Assembly (NCBI RefSeq): GCF_001194135.2
Contig: NC_068981.1
Span: 132,671,979-132,730,978 of the forward strand
DNA: 59,000 bases
Direction of reading: 5' to 3'
Origin: Octopus bimaculoides
Lineage: Eukaryota
Below the pieces are notes generated by a model. That model saw only the letters and a list, made by a program, of their open reading frames with translations. It made no database searches and had not been told where the DNA came from. A program made the translations under genes and the position numbers. How positions within the stretch are numbered: position 1 is the first letter of the stretch; each line of letters starts with the position of its first letter. This document shows positions 26,091 through 40,601 of this stretch, one piece after another.

Positions 26091-26314
26091 TTAACCCTTT
26101 AGCATTTAGTCTATGCTGTCAAATGTAATACTTATTTATTCATATTGCTTGAATTTATTATATATCAACTCATAGCTTTGAGATTTTGATGATGCAGCTG
26201 ATTATTTTTACAGTGACATTATAGGTTAAGTGTGAGAGGCCAGATCTGGCCAGTTTGAGTGTAAAACAGAACATTTTATCCAGATATGGCTGGTTTAAAT
26301 GCTAAAGGGTTTAA
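26091..26314. mobile_element. piggyBac-type MITE (TTAA-flanked)
   Basis: ttaaccctttagcatt...aatgctaaagggtttaa, with CCCT-starting TIRs. Confidence 0.8.
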
Positions 26315-26675
26315 AGTTGGTCACAGATGAGAGAGTGAGGTTAATGGTGCACAATTCTTCACTTAAAATAAAGACACTGCACAGATCATCAGTCACCAGA
26401 CAAGATGGTCCTCATTAGAGCAGTGAGGATTTTCTTGTCCTTATGACTAGCTGGTCATGGTGGATAAACATGAGGAAGATTGTGCAAAGTTGGTAGAGAA
26501 CCTCTTAGTAAAGGCTCAAAAGGGACTGGGTGCTATTTGGAAGACAAAACAATTAACAGGTTGCATAAAAGATGTGATACAGTTTGAGACTTTAAAGAGT
26601 AAACAGTAATCCTAATCTCCAACTTGACATAGGAATTGTGTTAGAACTTATTAGTTCTTTGTTATTTATCTTGAG

Positions 26676-27059
26676 TGGAGGTGCAATGGCCCAGTGGTTA
26701 TGGCAGCAGATTCGCGGTCATAGGATCGCGGTTTCGAATCCCAGATCGGGCGTTGTCAGTGTTTATTGAGCGAAAACACCTAAAGCTCCACGAAGCTCCG
26801 GCAGGGGATGGTGGCGAACCCTGCTGTACTCTTCCACCACAACTTTCTCTCACTCTTACTTCCTGTTTCTGTTGTGCCTGTAATTCAAAGGGTCAGCCTC
26901 GTCACACTGTGTCACGCTGAATATCCCTGAGAACTACGTTAAGGGTACACGTGTCTGTGGAGTGCTCAGCCACTTGCACGTTAATTTCACGAGCAGGCTG
27001 TTCCGTTGATTGGATCAACTGGAACCCTTGACGTCGTAAGCGACGGAGTGCCAACAACA
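26676..27059 (+). mobile_element. tRNA-derived SINE (GGCGCAATGGCCCAGTGG head; OR-like), full length
   Basis: A/B box-like head; tail ggagtgccaacaacaa; 12-bp TSD ATTTATCTTGAG. Confidence 0.9.
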
Positions 27060-27931
27060 ATTTATCTTGAGAGAATCTCTCATAAGGACTTGTGGTGCAT
27101 AAAAGCACTTGTAATTATATTGTTGACAGACAAAAATCATCTGCTATGGCCACCAGAACTACCAGATCATATGATTTCACCCTGCTATGGGTTCATCAGT
27201 GACAGATGTTCAGCAGTGCTATAACAGCCAAATCTCCTGTCAATGATATATATATAGAATCTGAGTGTCTATTCAGGCACTGCTATTGCAAATAGCCAGT
27301 GGGCTTCTAACACAATGTCCGTGTTAAGTTGGAGATCAAGATTACCTTTTGGTATTAATACTGCTTCTGTCATTATTAATTATTTTCTAAAGGATAAACT
27401 TTCTCAATATATTGTTTTTTGCTTCATTTTTAATATTCTAGTACTGATTTGTGTTATTAGTTATTTGATACTAGTTCTGCTTTAATATTTTGATTTTATA
27501 TTGCTTTGGTCTTATATTGTCTTGTCTAATATTTTTGTTCCTTTCTGTTTTACAAAATGATCCTACAGTAGCAAATGCATAGCATGAATTTATTTGAATT
27601 TAATATTTGTTTAAAAAACAGAGGAGGATCTTATAATCAAATAGATAACATTATTTTCTTTTTCTTCCTGCATTGTAAAGCATTGGATGGCCATACCAGC
27701 AAATAAATTGCATTTGATTATAATTTCAATCTTGCCTTGAATATATATAAGGAAGATGAAAGGAGATTGAATAGTGATTGTATGGTATTAAAATATTTCC
27801 CAGTGTTGCAAGCAACATAAAAGTTAATTATATATGAAATATAACATGTATTTATATTTCATATATACAATTCACAATATATGTGAAACTGTTTCATGTA
27901 TATTATAATATATTTTGATATATATCATATA

Positions 27932-28146
27932 TGATGGGTGCTGAAAAGTTCCTGGCTTTAGGTAAAAGAGAATACAAGAGGATCAGTTAATTATGATTCA
28001 TTCAACATATTCCCCTCTCAGATTCACACACTTATTGCAGTGGTCCTTCAGTTTTTCTATGCCTTGTAAAAGAACTGGGATGGTTGGGCCTCCAACCAGG
28101 CCTTTCGCAATACCCTTAAAGCCAGGATCTTTTCAGCACTCGCTCG
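27932..28146. mobile_element. Mariner-type MITE
   Basis: TA target site on both sides; ~28 bp TIRs (gggtgctgaaaagttcctggcttta / taaagccaggatcttttcagcactc). Confidence 0.85.
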
Positions 28147-29221
28147 TAGGTTTAAATATATGTATTATTCATAGTTCATGTTTTCACTAAAGCTTATAAA
28201 ACGACCACGTTTATATATCACCTCATTATTTTTGTACTACAAAGAAAGGGAAGAATTAATCTCTTCTAGAATATACATATTTATCTTTGTCTATTGAGTT
28301 GTTTATCATATATTTCTTACAGTATTTTAAATGGTGACATTCTTATTCCATCTTGTCCTTTTCTTTCCCCTTCAGAAGCACTATTAGGCTACATATCCAA
28401 ATGATTAATTGTATTATTCTGTACTGTATGAAATATTGTACAGAGAAATGTAATTTTATATTATGAAATAATCTTGTCTTATTTGATATATATCATTCTA
28501 TTATTATGTCATCAATATAAAATATTGTCCTTTTTTGATACAGAAATACCCAGTAAATCATTATGGCATTGACTAAATAATTACTTTATAAGTCTTGGGG
28601 TTATCTGTTATCAAGTTACCTATTTTTCATCTCTTATATATAACCATCAATTACGGCAGCAATTTGGCAGTTATTAGAACACCCAATTGATTTTTGTTTT
28701 CTTTTCTTTTTACTTGTTGGAACTGGAGGAAGGGACAATGCCCATGGCATTTGTAGGTCATTTGAGAGCAGTGAGGTTGATTCTATTGATGTTCCTGTTG
28801 AACATTTATTTATAAGTCAACTCTTGTAGAAAGGACATGAACAGAGAGATGGTTCCAAGGGGTCCAACTTTATGGAAAAGAAGAACCAGGCATAACACCT
28901 TCAGGGTGTGTGTGTGTGTGTGTGTGTGTAGGGGGTGGGGGGTGGATTGGAAATGCTTGAGTAGAGATGGTATGAGCCCAACCGGTTCCATGTAGCAGAG
29001 GCCATTATAGTAGTGGCAGAGAGAGGAGAAACAGCATGACTGTGGGTAAGAGGTTGGAACATATTTGTAAGTGACTTTATACCATCTAATAGATGGTACT
29101 TTCCTGGATATGGTCCAGGACAGGGGTCCCTAACCACAAGGCTGCACACCAGTTCTAGGCTATGGATCATATAGTCCTGGGCCATACAGAAAGAATGAAT
29201 TTTTAGATTTTGAGTTAGATA

Positions 29222-29750
29222 TATTGGGTCATCCCATAAATAATGCAGTTTTTTTTAATTGCATGAACTAAAAGTTGGGAGAAAAACTGGATAAACTACC
29301 TGCATCAACTTGCTATGAAAACAGGTAGTAAATTCACCTTGTATTTATTCTTAGTGCAAGTTCTGAAGAGTGCAGCTTGATTTTAAGTTATTTTTTTAAA
29401 GCTGTAATGGAAGTGGCAAAAGAGCATATTCGGCATATTTTACTTTATGAGATCAATAAAGGCAACAATGCAATGGAAAGTGTGAGGAATGTTAATGCAG
29501 TATATGGGGATCAGACAATAAGCGTAAGCCAGTGTCAATGGTGGTCTCAGAAATTCTGAGTTGGGACGAGCTTTGTCCTGGAAAATCTGTAGAGCTTGAT
29601 GAGGATGTCCTGCAAATCCTGGTGGAACAAAATCCCATTGTAACTGTTGAGGAACTAGCAGAGAAGCTTAGATTTGGTCATTCAACCATTCATCAATACC
29701 TGCGTGCCATCGGAAAAGTCAACAAATTGGGTCAATAGGTTCCTCACAAA
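29222..29750 (+). mobile_element. 5' part of a mariner (SETMAR/Mos1-like) element
   Basis: TIR-like tattgggtcatcccataaataatgc; frameshifted N-terminal HTH KEHIRHILLYE...QWWSQKF...VEQNPIVTVEELAEKL...IGKVNKLGQ*VPH; truncated. Confidence 0.85.
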
Positions 29751-31284
29751 CCAGTTCCTTGTGTGAAAAAGATTGGAGGCTTCTGATCTTGGATACTGGT
29801 GTGTGCAGTAGCAGCATTGTCTCAGATGGGCCTTACCTCAGCTCTGTGAAGCATCAATAACTGTGGGTGGATGAAGTATCTTCTGGCCTTGAAGAGAGGG
29901 GCCAGCCATCAGGGTGCAATCATAGCTTTGTAGAGGATGAACTTACACCCAGACATATCCTCTGTCATAGTGAGACCCAACGTTTACAGCAACTGTGACG
30001 GCTTTTTAGTTGGGTGCTGCTCACATTGAATGGGGTGTGATATAATGTTCTCTTGATTTCTGTAGCAGTTGTTGTTTGTTGCTAGTGAAAGGGGTAACAT
30101 TAACATATGCCCATTAGAAGATACTTTCAAGGTCTCTATTCATGGAATCTGTGTGGGTTTTCAGTGTGTGTGACACATTGTTGGGGAAGGTTAGGGAAGA
30201 ATGAAGTATTGACTGCATAAAAGTGGCCATTATTGGGACATGCTGGAGTTGATAGGAAGAGAAACAGAAAGAGCTCCATCTACAAACAACGCAATAATGC
30301 AATCTGATAGTAAGCTACCAATCAAAAAGGTGAGATATAGGTGGAACCCATAGGTATGCAATTTCAAAAGGAGATTGTAATATGTACAACCCCCACTTGC
30401 TCTAAGTAGAATATTTTTTGCAGAAGAGGTTTAATAAGACTGAAACATGTTGCATTAATAGATTAGTTAAAAAAACAAGTCTACTCTCTGTTTCTATATT
30501 TTCAAAAAAATTTTGTCAATTGCATTAGAATTATCTCCTTTCTAGAAGGAGTTTCCGTGTATGAATTGCTTGGATAATCTCTGTAAACAAAATTTTAGAA
30601 CTTTTCATAATATATATGTGAGATCCCATTGTTTTTGTATTTTGTATGCAGAACTAAAAAAAAAAAAAATAGAGGGTGGAGTTTCACAGGTACTGTTTTT
30701 GTTGTTGAAACATAATAGGCTTTCAGTCTTGTGACAAAACCCAATGAAATTGCTAAAGTAATTTAGGTGTTCCTTCTCAAGAGCAAGGTGATAAATGCAG
30801 GTGGGATATCTAACTTACATTCATAATTTCATTGGGACTTGTCTCAAGACACACACCTACAACATCAGGTTTTCAGTTTGGTGTGTCTTTATATGTTGAT
30901 AAAGTGTGAAACTAATTGAAACAAGATATACATAAAATTTTTTATACATACGAGATGCAGGTGTGATTCAGAAGTTTGCTCTCTCATCATGTGGTCTTGT
31001 GTTCAGGTCTTACTGCATTGCACCTTAGTTTCCAGTGTTCTGTGAAAAAACATGCTTGGCTTTAGGGAATATTTCTTTGTTTGAAAACAGGTGAGGGTTG
31101 GAAAATGCAAGGGCATTCAGCCACAGAAAATTTGTTCAACAAATTCCATGACACATACAAGCATGGCCCAATTATTGTGATGATTCTTAAGCTTATAGGT
31201 CCAGCATCTAATGTTTGGGGTTTGCAGTCCTTGATTAAGCATTGTTTTCTTGAGCAAAACACTTGATTTCATCTTGCTCTAGTC

Positions 31285-31618
31285 TGGTGGTTCTCAACCA
31301 GGGTCCATATAAAATGTTTGGCAGGGTCCATGCAGCAAAATAATAAATTGGGGATCCACAATAATATTTTACGGGTTCCTGAAAAAATTTTGCTTTAAAT
31401 GTATGTATTGGTATGTATTGGAAGAAACAGATGGGTTTCTTTCTCTAACATTTTACATAGTTCAACTCATAAAAGTTAATGTGTGAAAAACAAAATAGGA
31501 TTTTGAAAGAAGTATCTAATAAAGCTAGTTTTTAAGCATTGAATGACTATGGGGGGTTCACCAGGAAAAAATAGTAATCAAAGGGGTCCATTGGTAAAAA
31601 AATGGTTAAGAACCACTG
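31285..31618. mobile_element. hAT (Charlie-like) MITE
   Basis: 8-bp TSD CTCTAGTC at 31277-31284 and 31619-31626; TIR (ca)gtggttctcaacc / ggttaagaaccactg. Confidence 0.88.
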
Positions 31619-32628
31619 CTCTAGTCTAATCAGCTGTTAATTTGTATCAGCCTAATGCTGGTGCAGCCTCCTGCTGTCATACTCGTGATATTCTGCTGGG
31701 TCAAGGGATGTGAGAACCAAAAAGTGTGTGTGTCTGCTCATGACAACATAGGTACCTAAAAAAAAAATTTGCATATTTGCTTATGAATATTAGCTATGGT
31801 ATCTATTATATCTTGTTTAATCCTGGTCAGCTCTGAGTGAGTGGTTGGACATTCCAGCCATGACCATTCTATCTTTTTCCCAGATACAGTTGTTTTTAGG
31901 ACTATGTTATCAAATATGTCCTTCAATATTTCTAAGACAGTGAAGTGAGAGTTACAGAAGATTTGGTTGTTATTTCTAGCAACTCAAACAAAAGGCTTCT
32001 TCTATGGTTTGTAGCACTGTTGTCATCATCATTGTTTTAACATCCACTTTTCCATGGTGGTACTGTTTAGATAGAATTTGTTGCGGCAGATTTTCTATGG
32101 TTAGATGCCCTTCCTGTCATCAACCCTCACCTGTTTCCAAGTAAGGTTGGAAAAAACTGGAAATGGATGACACTGCTTGTGTGACAGTGACACTTGCTTA
32201 GAAGTATCATGTGATGTCAAGACAAGGAGATACAAACACAGACATACACATACATACATAGCTGTGTGCATACATACATACATACGTCACTTTCTCTTTC
32301 ACTCTGTCTGTCTCTAAATACATTATATATATATGTATACTCTTTATAAAATTAAGGATAAAATCACTTTAATGATTTTATCAAGTGGTCAGCGTGTAAT
32401 AAAAACCTCATAGATAATTTTTACACACTATATTTATAATTATGTACATAATTTGGCTACCCCCTCTTTAAAAAAAGGGGAATAGGCCTGGGTATTTAGA
32501 TATACACATAATTATATCAAAACGAATGGAAGAATCTCTCCACATGCTAGAGATAGATGCCATATTGCACTAAAAACCACCTTATATCTCCTGTAGCACA
32601 GATTGTAAATAGACAAAAATACAACTTT

Positions 32629-32667
<39 letters not shown>

Positions 32668-33269
32668 NNNNNNNNNNNNNNNNNNNNNNNNNNNNNNNNN
32701 NNNNNNNNNNNNNNNNNNNNNNNNNNNNNNNNNNNNNNNNNNNNNNNNNNNNNNNNNNNNNNNNNNNNNNNNNNNNNNNNNNNNNNNNNNNNNNNNNNNN
32801 NNNNNNNNNNNNNNNNNNNNNNNNNNNNNNNNNNNNNNNNNNNNNNNNNNNNNNNNNNNNNNNNNNNNNNNNNNNNNNNNNNNNNNNNNNNNNNNNNNNN
32901 NNNNNNNNNNNATATATATATATATATATATATATAATATAAACTTGACTGACTTCTTTCAGTTTTTTTTTTTCACCTACTAAATCTACTCACAAGGTAT
33001 TGGTCAGCTCAGAGTTATAGGTATAAGACACTTGTCCAAGGTGCAACACAGTGGGAGTCAACCTGAAACGATATGGTTAGGAAGCAAACTTCCTCACCAC
33101 TCACTCATTCCTATCAATATTAGTCACAACTAGCATACGGTTACATAGCAGTATAAGTATATAATTGCTGACAGTCATCAAAACATTAATATAATTACTT
33201 TTTTTGCAGACTTTCTTGTGTTTCAATAATTTTTATTTTATAAGTTAAAAAATTTTTTATTCTTTTCAG

Positions 33270-33366
33270 GCTTTGTTTTGTTGGAGCCCGTGCTAAACAT
33301 TTTCCAGAATTTCTAGCAATGATTAATATCAAATATTTCACACCAATGCCTGCACTAATGTTTGGT
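33270..33366 (+). CDS. SLC7A8-like: SLC7/LAT transporter coding exon
   Basis: ttcag|G CTT TGT ... TTT GGT|gtaagt; 97 nt; (R)LCFVGARAKHFPEFLAMINIKYFTPMPALMFG; phase-2 junction completes the Arg codon across a 21.2 kb intron. Confidence 0.95.
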
Positions 33367-33970
33367 GTAAGTATTTTCTGTCTATCTTTTTATATATATT
33401 TCTCTTTTCTTACTATCCACAGTATTCTTCAAAGTAGAAACTCATTTGCCATGTTACAGGTCTCTCTATACCATGTTTAAGCATTTTTAGAAATATTCTT
33501 GTGAACTGGAACTGAAAGTTGTTAGTATTTAAAAAACCTTGACACAATTTTTAACCTCTTAAATAGGTTGGCTGCCTCTAGTTTCATAAATAGAATTTCT
33601 TGAAAGAAGGAAAAAATAAAAAGGAAACTTTTCCATTTTTTTTTAACCCTGGCACACTCTGACCCAAGATGTCTGAAATGACTTGTGGTGTCCATTTCCA
33701 GTACTTGACTTACATCCTCATCTACCAGCCTCCCCCACCCAACATGCATGTTATATATAATCTTTTATCATTATTTTATTTGTTGCTAGGTGATGAGCTG
33801 GCAGACTCGTTAGCAAACCGGGCCAAATACTTAGTGACATTTTGTCTGTCTTCACATTCTCAGTTCAAATTCTGCTGAGGTCAACTTTACCTTTCATCCT
33901 TTTGGGGTTGATAAAATAAGTACCAGTTGAGCACTGGGATCAATGTACCAATACCTTCCTGTATATATGC

Positions 33971-34198
33971 ATAACCCTTTAGCATTTAAACCGGCCATAT
34001 CCAGCACAAATATTCTACCAGTTTTATGGTCAAATCAGCTAGAGCTAGTTTCTCACACCTACCCTATAATATCAGTCTAAATATATACAATCATACCTTC
34101 AAAATCTCAAAGCTCTGAAACAATGCATGACTAATTTAAACCAATGTATATAAATAAGCATTACATTTTACAGAATAATTTGAACACTAAAGGGTTAA
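33971..34198. mobile_element. piggyBac-type MITE, reverse orientation copy
   Basis: (a)taacccttttagcatttaaaccggcc...aacactaaagggttaa. Confidence 0.75.
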
Positions 34199-34949
34199 GT
34201 GTATTTATTTTCCCAAATAATTTGCACTTCAATAAAACTATAAGGAAGTTACTTAGGCACTCAACTATAAGTTCATTGCATCTTATAGCAAAAACAGCTG
34301 TAAGCTAGTGAAGTTCATAAAATAATTATTTATTCCTTTGTTATCTCTTTTCTTCTTACCTTTCTGTACTCGACTAATGCTTCGTTCAAAAGCATATATA
34401 TATATATTTAGTTCTACATCGTTATTAGTATTGCAATACCTATGTGAAATACATATACATGTAGGTGCAGGCATGGCTATGTGGTAAGAAGCTTGCTTCC
34501 CAACCACATGCCACATGATACCTTGAGCAAGTGTTTTCTACTATAGCCTTGGGCCAACCAAAGCCTTGTGAGCAGATTTGATAGACAGAAACTGAAAGGA
34601 GCTTGTCGTATATATATATATATATTTTTTATTATATGTATTTATTTTCTCTTAGTTAATAATTAACTCCGACAAAATAAATTGGTTAATAGATACCAGG
34701 GTAGCAAAGATCACAAAATGACTGTGGTGTAACTCCTGTTTATGAGATAGAAACTCCCTGTTATTTTGGGTAATTGAGTAAATATAAAAATGTAATAAAT
34801 GGAGTAATACACACATGTTAAATGGATTCTTTTAACATATTCATTTAACATATGCATATTACTCCATTTATTAAATTTTTATATATATATATCATCATCA
34901 TCATCATCGTCGTTTAACGTCCGCTTTCCATGCTATATATATATATATA

Positions 34950-35200
34950 TAAGGTTGAGGAGGGTATTGGGTACTGGAATGAAACTACTCTTCAAGTACT
35001 GTTCTCTCTTTTTTCAGCACATCACACTCTTTACCACTTCATACTAAAAATATCCGCCTATGGATATAATAATAGATAACTTTATTTTTTCTGTCTCCGA
35101 TGAAGGGAAGTACTGGATCTTCCCAAAAACAGCTGTAAGACTCTATCCATAAAATTCTTCAACCTTACCTTTGCTCTCTTTATCCTTTTGTTTTTATATA
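34950..35200 (+). mobile_element. Penelope-like pseudo-LTR fragment with degenerate hammerhead (35093-35141)
   Basis: GTCT-CCGATGA-A-GGGAAG..CTTCCC-AAAAAC-AGCT-GTA-AGAC; palindromic ACAGCTGT. The 5' end AAGGTTGAGGAG is an inverted copy of TTCTTCAACCTT just downstream of the motif. Confidence 0.5.
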
Positions 35201-35202
35201 TT

Positions 35203-35240
<38 letters not shown>

Positions 35241-35889
35241 NNNNNNNNNNNNNNNNNNNNNNNNNNNNNNNNNNNNNNNNNNNNNNNNNNNNNNNNNNNN
35301 NNNNNNNNNNNNNNNNNNNNNNNNNNNNNNNNNNNNNNNNNNNNNNNNNNNNNNNNNNNNNNNNNNNNNNNNNNNNNNNNNNNNNNNNNNNNNNNNNNNN
35401 NNNNNNNNNNNNNNNNNNNNNNNNNNNNNNNNNNNNNNNNNNNNNNNNNNNNNNNNNNNNNNNNNNNNNNNNNNNNNNNNNNNNNNNNNNNNNNNNNNNN
35501 NNNNNNNNNNNNNNNNNNNNNNNNCCCCAGCATCTGCTGTTTGGTGTTTGTATCTGCATAACTTAGTGGTTTGGCAAAAGAGGGCCAATAGAATAAGTAC
35601 CAGGTTTAGCAAATAAGTACTGGGGTTGATTCATTTGACTAGAAATTCAAAGCAGTGCCCCAGCATGGTCGCAGTCTAATGACTGAAACAAGTAAAAGAT
35701 AAAAGAAAAAAGATATATATGTAATCCTTATTGTCCTTTGTACACCCTGATGATTTTCCATACAAGGTATTTAAAATGCAAAGTTATATATTTATATATG
35801 TTTAGCAATTTTGATTTTGTTTGTGAAATGAAACAGTTGGAGGTGAATATGTTTTTCTAACTCGATAATATATATATATATATATAGAT

Positions 35890-36960
35890 CATCATCATCA
35901 TCATCGTTTAATGTCCGCTTTCCTTTCTGGCATGGGTTGGACAGTTTTACTGAGGACTGGCAAGCCAGGAGGCTGCATCAGGTTCCAGTCTGATCTGGCT
36001 AGGTCTCTACAGCTGGATGCCCTTCCTAACGCCAACCACTCCGAGAGTGTAGTGGGTGCTTTTTATGTGACATTGGCACAGGGGCCAGTCAGGTGGTACT
36101 GGTATCAACCCGGCTCAAATGGTGCTTTTTACGTACCACCGGCACAGGAGCCAGTCCGGTGGGACTGGCATCAACTACGCTTGAATGGTACTTTTTATGT
36201 GCCAGTCAGGCAGTATGATGCAGCCACAACAATGATTTCACTTGACTCAACAGGTCTTCTCAAGCACAGTATATTGCCCAATGATTGAAGAGTACTCTTA
36301 AATGGGATGGCTATGCAACACTTGCATAGGCCACAGCTGTGGTCTCACTTGGCTTGCTGGGTCTTCTCAAGCACAGCATATCGCTGAAGGTCTCGGTCGC
36401 TTGTCATTGCAGCCCAATGTTCAAAGGTCGTGCTTCACCACCTCATCCCAGGTCTACCTCTTCCACAGGTTCCCTCCACTGTTAGGGTGTGACACTTCTT
36501 CACACAGCTGTCCTCATCCATACACATCTCATGACCATACCAGTGCAGTCATCTCTCTTGCACACCGCATCAAATGATTCTTATGTCCAACTTTTCTCTC
36601 AGGGCACTTACACTCTGTTGTGTAAGCACACTGCCATTACACATCCAGCGGTGCATACTAGCTTCATTTCTTGCAAGCTTACGCACGTCCTCAGAAACAA
36701 CAGCCCATGTTTCACTGCCATGTAGCATGGCTGTTTGCACACATGCATCATACAGTCTACATTTCAGTCTGAGTGAGAGGCCCTTTGTTGCCAGCAAAGG
36801 TAGGAGCTCTCTGAACTTTGCCCAGGCTGTGCTCTCAGAGCATCCACCCCTGCTACTGATTTGGTCACCTAGGTAACGGAAGCTATCAACCACTTCCAGT
36901 TTTTTCACCTGGCATGTGACGGAAGCTATTTTCTGCACATTTTCAGTGTTTATTGCCCCT
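35890..36960 (-). mobile_element. RTE-clade LINE 3' remnant
   Basis: ORF 36570-37082 (-) contains VDSFRYLGDQI...LSLRLKCRLYDACVQTAMLHGSETWAV (RTE RT C-terminus); the 3' end ...cggacattaaacgatgatgatgat forms an (ATG)n tail. Short 3'-end copies at ~8260, 10388, 16180, 32030, 39520 and 51030. Confidence 0.85.
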
Positions 36961-38471
36961 GTGCATCTGCCATACACAAAAACTATCTTCCCAGTTACCC
37001 TTCCTTTGATATTGCTGCACCTCTTATGTGTCCATAGTTTATACCGGGTATATCTTATGGAGTTTCTACCTTGCTTCCCCACTACATGGTTCTGGGTTCA
37101 GTCCCACTGTATGCACCCTGGGCAAGTGTCTTCTACTATAGCCTCGGGCTAATCAGAAGCCTTGTGAGTGGATTTGGTAGATGGAAACTGAAAGAAGCCT
37201 GTTATATATATAAATAATGATAATTGATTAAGTAACCAGAAGATGGGTTTGGTATTAATCGTTATTTTGTACAACAGCTGTTTTGACCCATCCTGTTACT
37301 GTCCCTTATGGGTGGGAGGGACTCTGTTCAACATGTTGTGTTGCATCCATTTTGCAGTCTGGGTCCCATCAGGTACATCCATACATAAAGTTATCTCGCT
37401 AAAGCTCCTGTGTTTAGGCTGTCATGTTGTTATATACCCGCCTGGTTAGGGAATGAAACATTGCTACAATTTCCAATTACTATCAACTTTCCATAATAAG
37501 AAAAAAGAAGAAAAAAAAGGAGAAAAAGAAAAAATTCTTTGTAGGGGAAGTGAATAGATGGACAGGGATGGATTGAGTTACATTAAGTTTAAGACAAAGG
37601 AATGGTACTAGAAAGAGGAAGAGAAAGCTATATAGCCTGCATATATATCTTTCTCTTGGTGAAAGGAGAAAGTTTGATGTTTTGAACATAGCTCTTTGTC
37701 GGAATAGAGAAATGGAAAAGTCCAAAGAAGGGAAAAGAAATTGCCAACAGCACATGTGTAGTTATATTGCTGAAATGACTGGAAGTAAATGTGTTTATAT
37801 CTGTTGTGTGTCTTTGTGTCTGTGTTTGTTTACAGCCTCAGTGGAATGACTAAAACACATAAAAGAATATAAAGAACATATATATATGTGTGTGTGTATA
37901 ATATTTAATGTCCTTATATATTTAATACTCAATATTTCATTTTACTATTTATATTATATATTCCATATTCTATATCACACATTAATTTTATAAGAATATA
38001 AATAAAACATAGAAAACAGACAGAGTTGGAACTCTTTTAAATAATATATTCCTCTATACACTATCATACAAACCCCTTTTTTTATTTTTATTTTTATATA
38101 TATCTGCCTGTAAGTATCTCAAATGATCTTATCAATAGAGTGCAAAGTAGGCTCAGTGGCTTGAATGAGAAGTGCCTATCGTAACTACTAAAACATTTAA
38201 TAAATAGGAGATAGAATTGTTACGAGAAAGGCATTAGAGTTGAATAACATACCGTGATTAAGTAAGGCATGCAGTGGTTAGGTGATAAGTGATGTAACTG
38301 AATGAGCAGTGGAGATATGCTGTGGTCAAGGGCATTAGTAGACAGAAAGGAACAAAAACAGAAGTTAGGTTGTTAGTGGCTGAATAATTCAGTTGTTGAA
38401 TGAGTTACAGTGAAGGAGTAAAATATATTGTGACTGTGCTAGAAAGCTTCTATGGTTAAATGATAGTATGC

Positions 38472-38532
<61 letters not shown>

Positions 38533-38732
38533 NNNNNNNNNNNNNNNNNNNNNNNNNNNNNNNNNNNNNNNNNNNNNNNNNNNNNNNNNNNNNNNNNNNN
38601 NNNNNNNNNNNNNNNNNNNNNNNNNNNNNNNNNNNNNNNNNNNNNNNNNNNNNNNNNNNNNNNNNNNNNNNNNNNNNNNNNNNNNNNNNNNNNNNNNNNN
38701 NNNNNNNNNNNNNNNNNNNNNNNNNNNNNATA

Positions 38733-39118
38733 AGGAGGCGCAATGGCCCAGTGGTTAGAGCAGCGGACTAGCGGTCATAGGATCGAGGTTTCGATTTCCA
38801 GACCGGGCGTTGTGAGTGTTTATTGAGCGAAAACACCTAAAGCTCCACGAGGCTCCGGCAGGGGACAGTCGCGAACCCTGCTGTACTCTTCCACCACAAC
38901 TTTCTCTCACTCTTACTTCCTGTTTCTGTTGTGTCTGTAATTCAAAGGGTCAGCCTTGTCACACTGTGTCACGCTGAATATCCCCCGAGAACTACGTTAA
39001 GGGTACACGTGTCTGTGGAGTGCTCAGCCACTTGCACGTTAATTTCATGAGCAGGCTGTTCCGTTGATCGTATCAACTGGAACCCTTGACATTGTAAGTG
39101 ACAGAGTGCCAACAACAA
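38733..39118 (+). mobile_element. tRNA-derived SINE (OR-like), full length
   Basis: Collinear with 26676-27059. Confidence 0.9.
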
Positions 39119-39845
39119 TACACACACACATATATGCACTCACTTACACACACACACACACACAGATATACAACACCCTAACCATTAGGTGTAGCTTAGT
39201 GGTTGAGGTGTTGTACTCAATTGCTTGATTGTGGTTTCGATTCCTGGACCGGGTGACACGTTGTGCTCTTGAGCAAAACACTTCATTTCACATTGCTCCA
39301 GTCTACTCAGCTGTAAATGGGTAACCCAAAGATGGAATAGTGTTCTGAACAGGAGGGAATGTTGGCCTGCTCACCTAGCCAGTGAGGTGGCATCATTTGA
39401 AAGCTAAAACTGTGTGAAACACATAGTGACCAGCAATGTATAACAACATCCAGTCGTCAATACCATGATACCATAATATATATATATATATATATATCAT
39501 ATATATATATATATATATATATCATCGTTCGTTCGTTTAATGTCCGCTTTTCATGCTAGCATGGGTTGGACGATTTGACTGAGGACTGGTGAAACCAGAT
39601 GGCTACACCAGGCTCCAATCTGATTTGGCAGAGTTTCTACAGCTGGATGCCCTTCCTAACGCCAACCACTCCAAGAGTGTAGTGGGTGCTTTTACGTGCC
39701 ACTGGCATGAAGGCCAGTCATGCGGTACTGGCAACGAACTCGCTCGAATGTCTTTTCACGTGCCACTGGCACAAGTTGGTAACGGTCACTCTCAAATGGT
39801 GCTATTTATGTGCCACCGGCACGAAAGCCAGACAGCTGGGTCTCT

Positions 39846-39939
<94 letters not shown>

Positions 39940-40150
39940 TACAGAATGGCCCAAAAGAAGGTTTATAGTTATCATGTAGGCACTTTAAATTTCTTTGATG
40001 ATGATGATGATAATGCTGCTGATGATGATGATGATTGTAATTCAGACTCCGTTTACTCCTTATGTTAAATGAAACCAAATTTTTTTTTATTTCTTCTATT
40101 ATCATTATTTTTCATATTTTAATTTTACTTTTCCATGATTTTCTTTTTAG

Positions 40151-40300
40151 GGTTTGATGGCGGTTACATACCTCTGCATAGGTAATATCTACAAACTAAT
40201 CAATTACATGGCATTTGTAGAAGCAATCTTCTTTGGAATAACGATTTCTGGTCTTCTATATCTTAGAAAAACTAAGCCAAATATGAAAAGACCTATTAAA
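40151..40300 (+). CDS. SLC7A8-like: SLC7/LAT transporter coding exon
   Basis: tttag|GGT TTG ... ATT AAA|gtaagt; 150 nt, phase 0-0; GLMAVTYLCIGNIYKLINYMAFVEAIFFGITISGLLYLRKTKPNMKRPIK (family LLYLRxxxPxxxRPIK motif). Confidence 0.96.
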
Positions 40301-40601
40301 GTAAGTACAACAGAGTCTATTTTCTCTTCTGTAATTGCACTTTTTATTTCAGACAAAAGACCTGCAGTTTTTGAGAGGAGAAGGTTTGTTTATACCATCT
40401 GACCCCAGCTGCCACACAGTGGAATTGAACTCAGAACCATTTGGTTGGCAAACAAACTTTTTATCACACAGTCTCGTCAGTGCATTATGCACCATCGAAT
40501 ACGCTAAGATTGGAACAAAATGTATGTTTTACGTTACCTGTGATACTTATTTTATCAGCCTCAATTGGGATGAAAAGTAAAATTGAATGTGGTGGCAATT
40601 G

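Noticed and set aside
33292-33300. RAKH instead of the family REGH motif, as a possible A-to-I recoding target
   Set aside because: Restoring Gly would need two edits in one codon; no evidence from DNA alone.
34714-34768. Hammerhead-like ...CTGTGG...GAAAC-TCCCT-GTT
   Set aside because: Core and stem II are too degraded to call.
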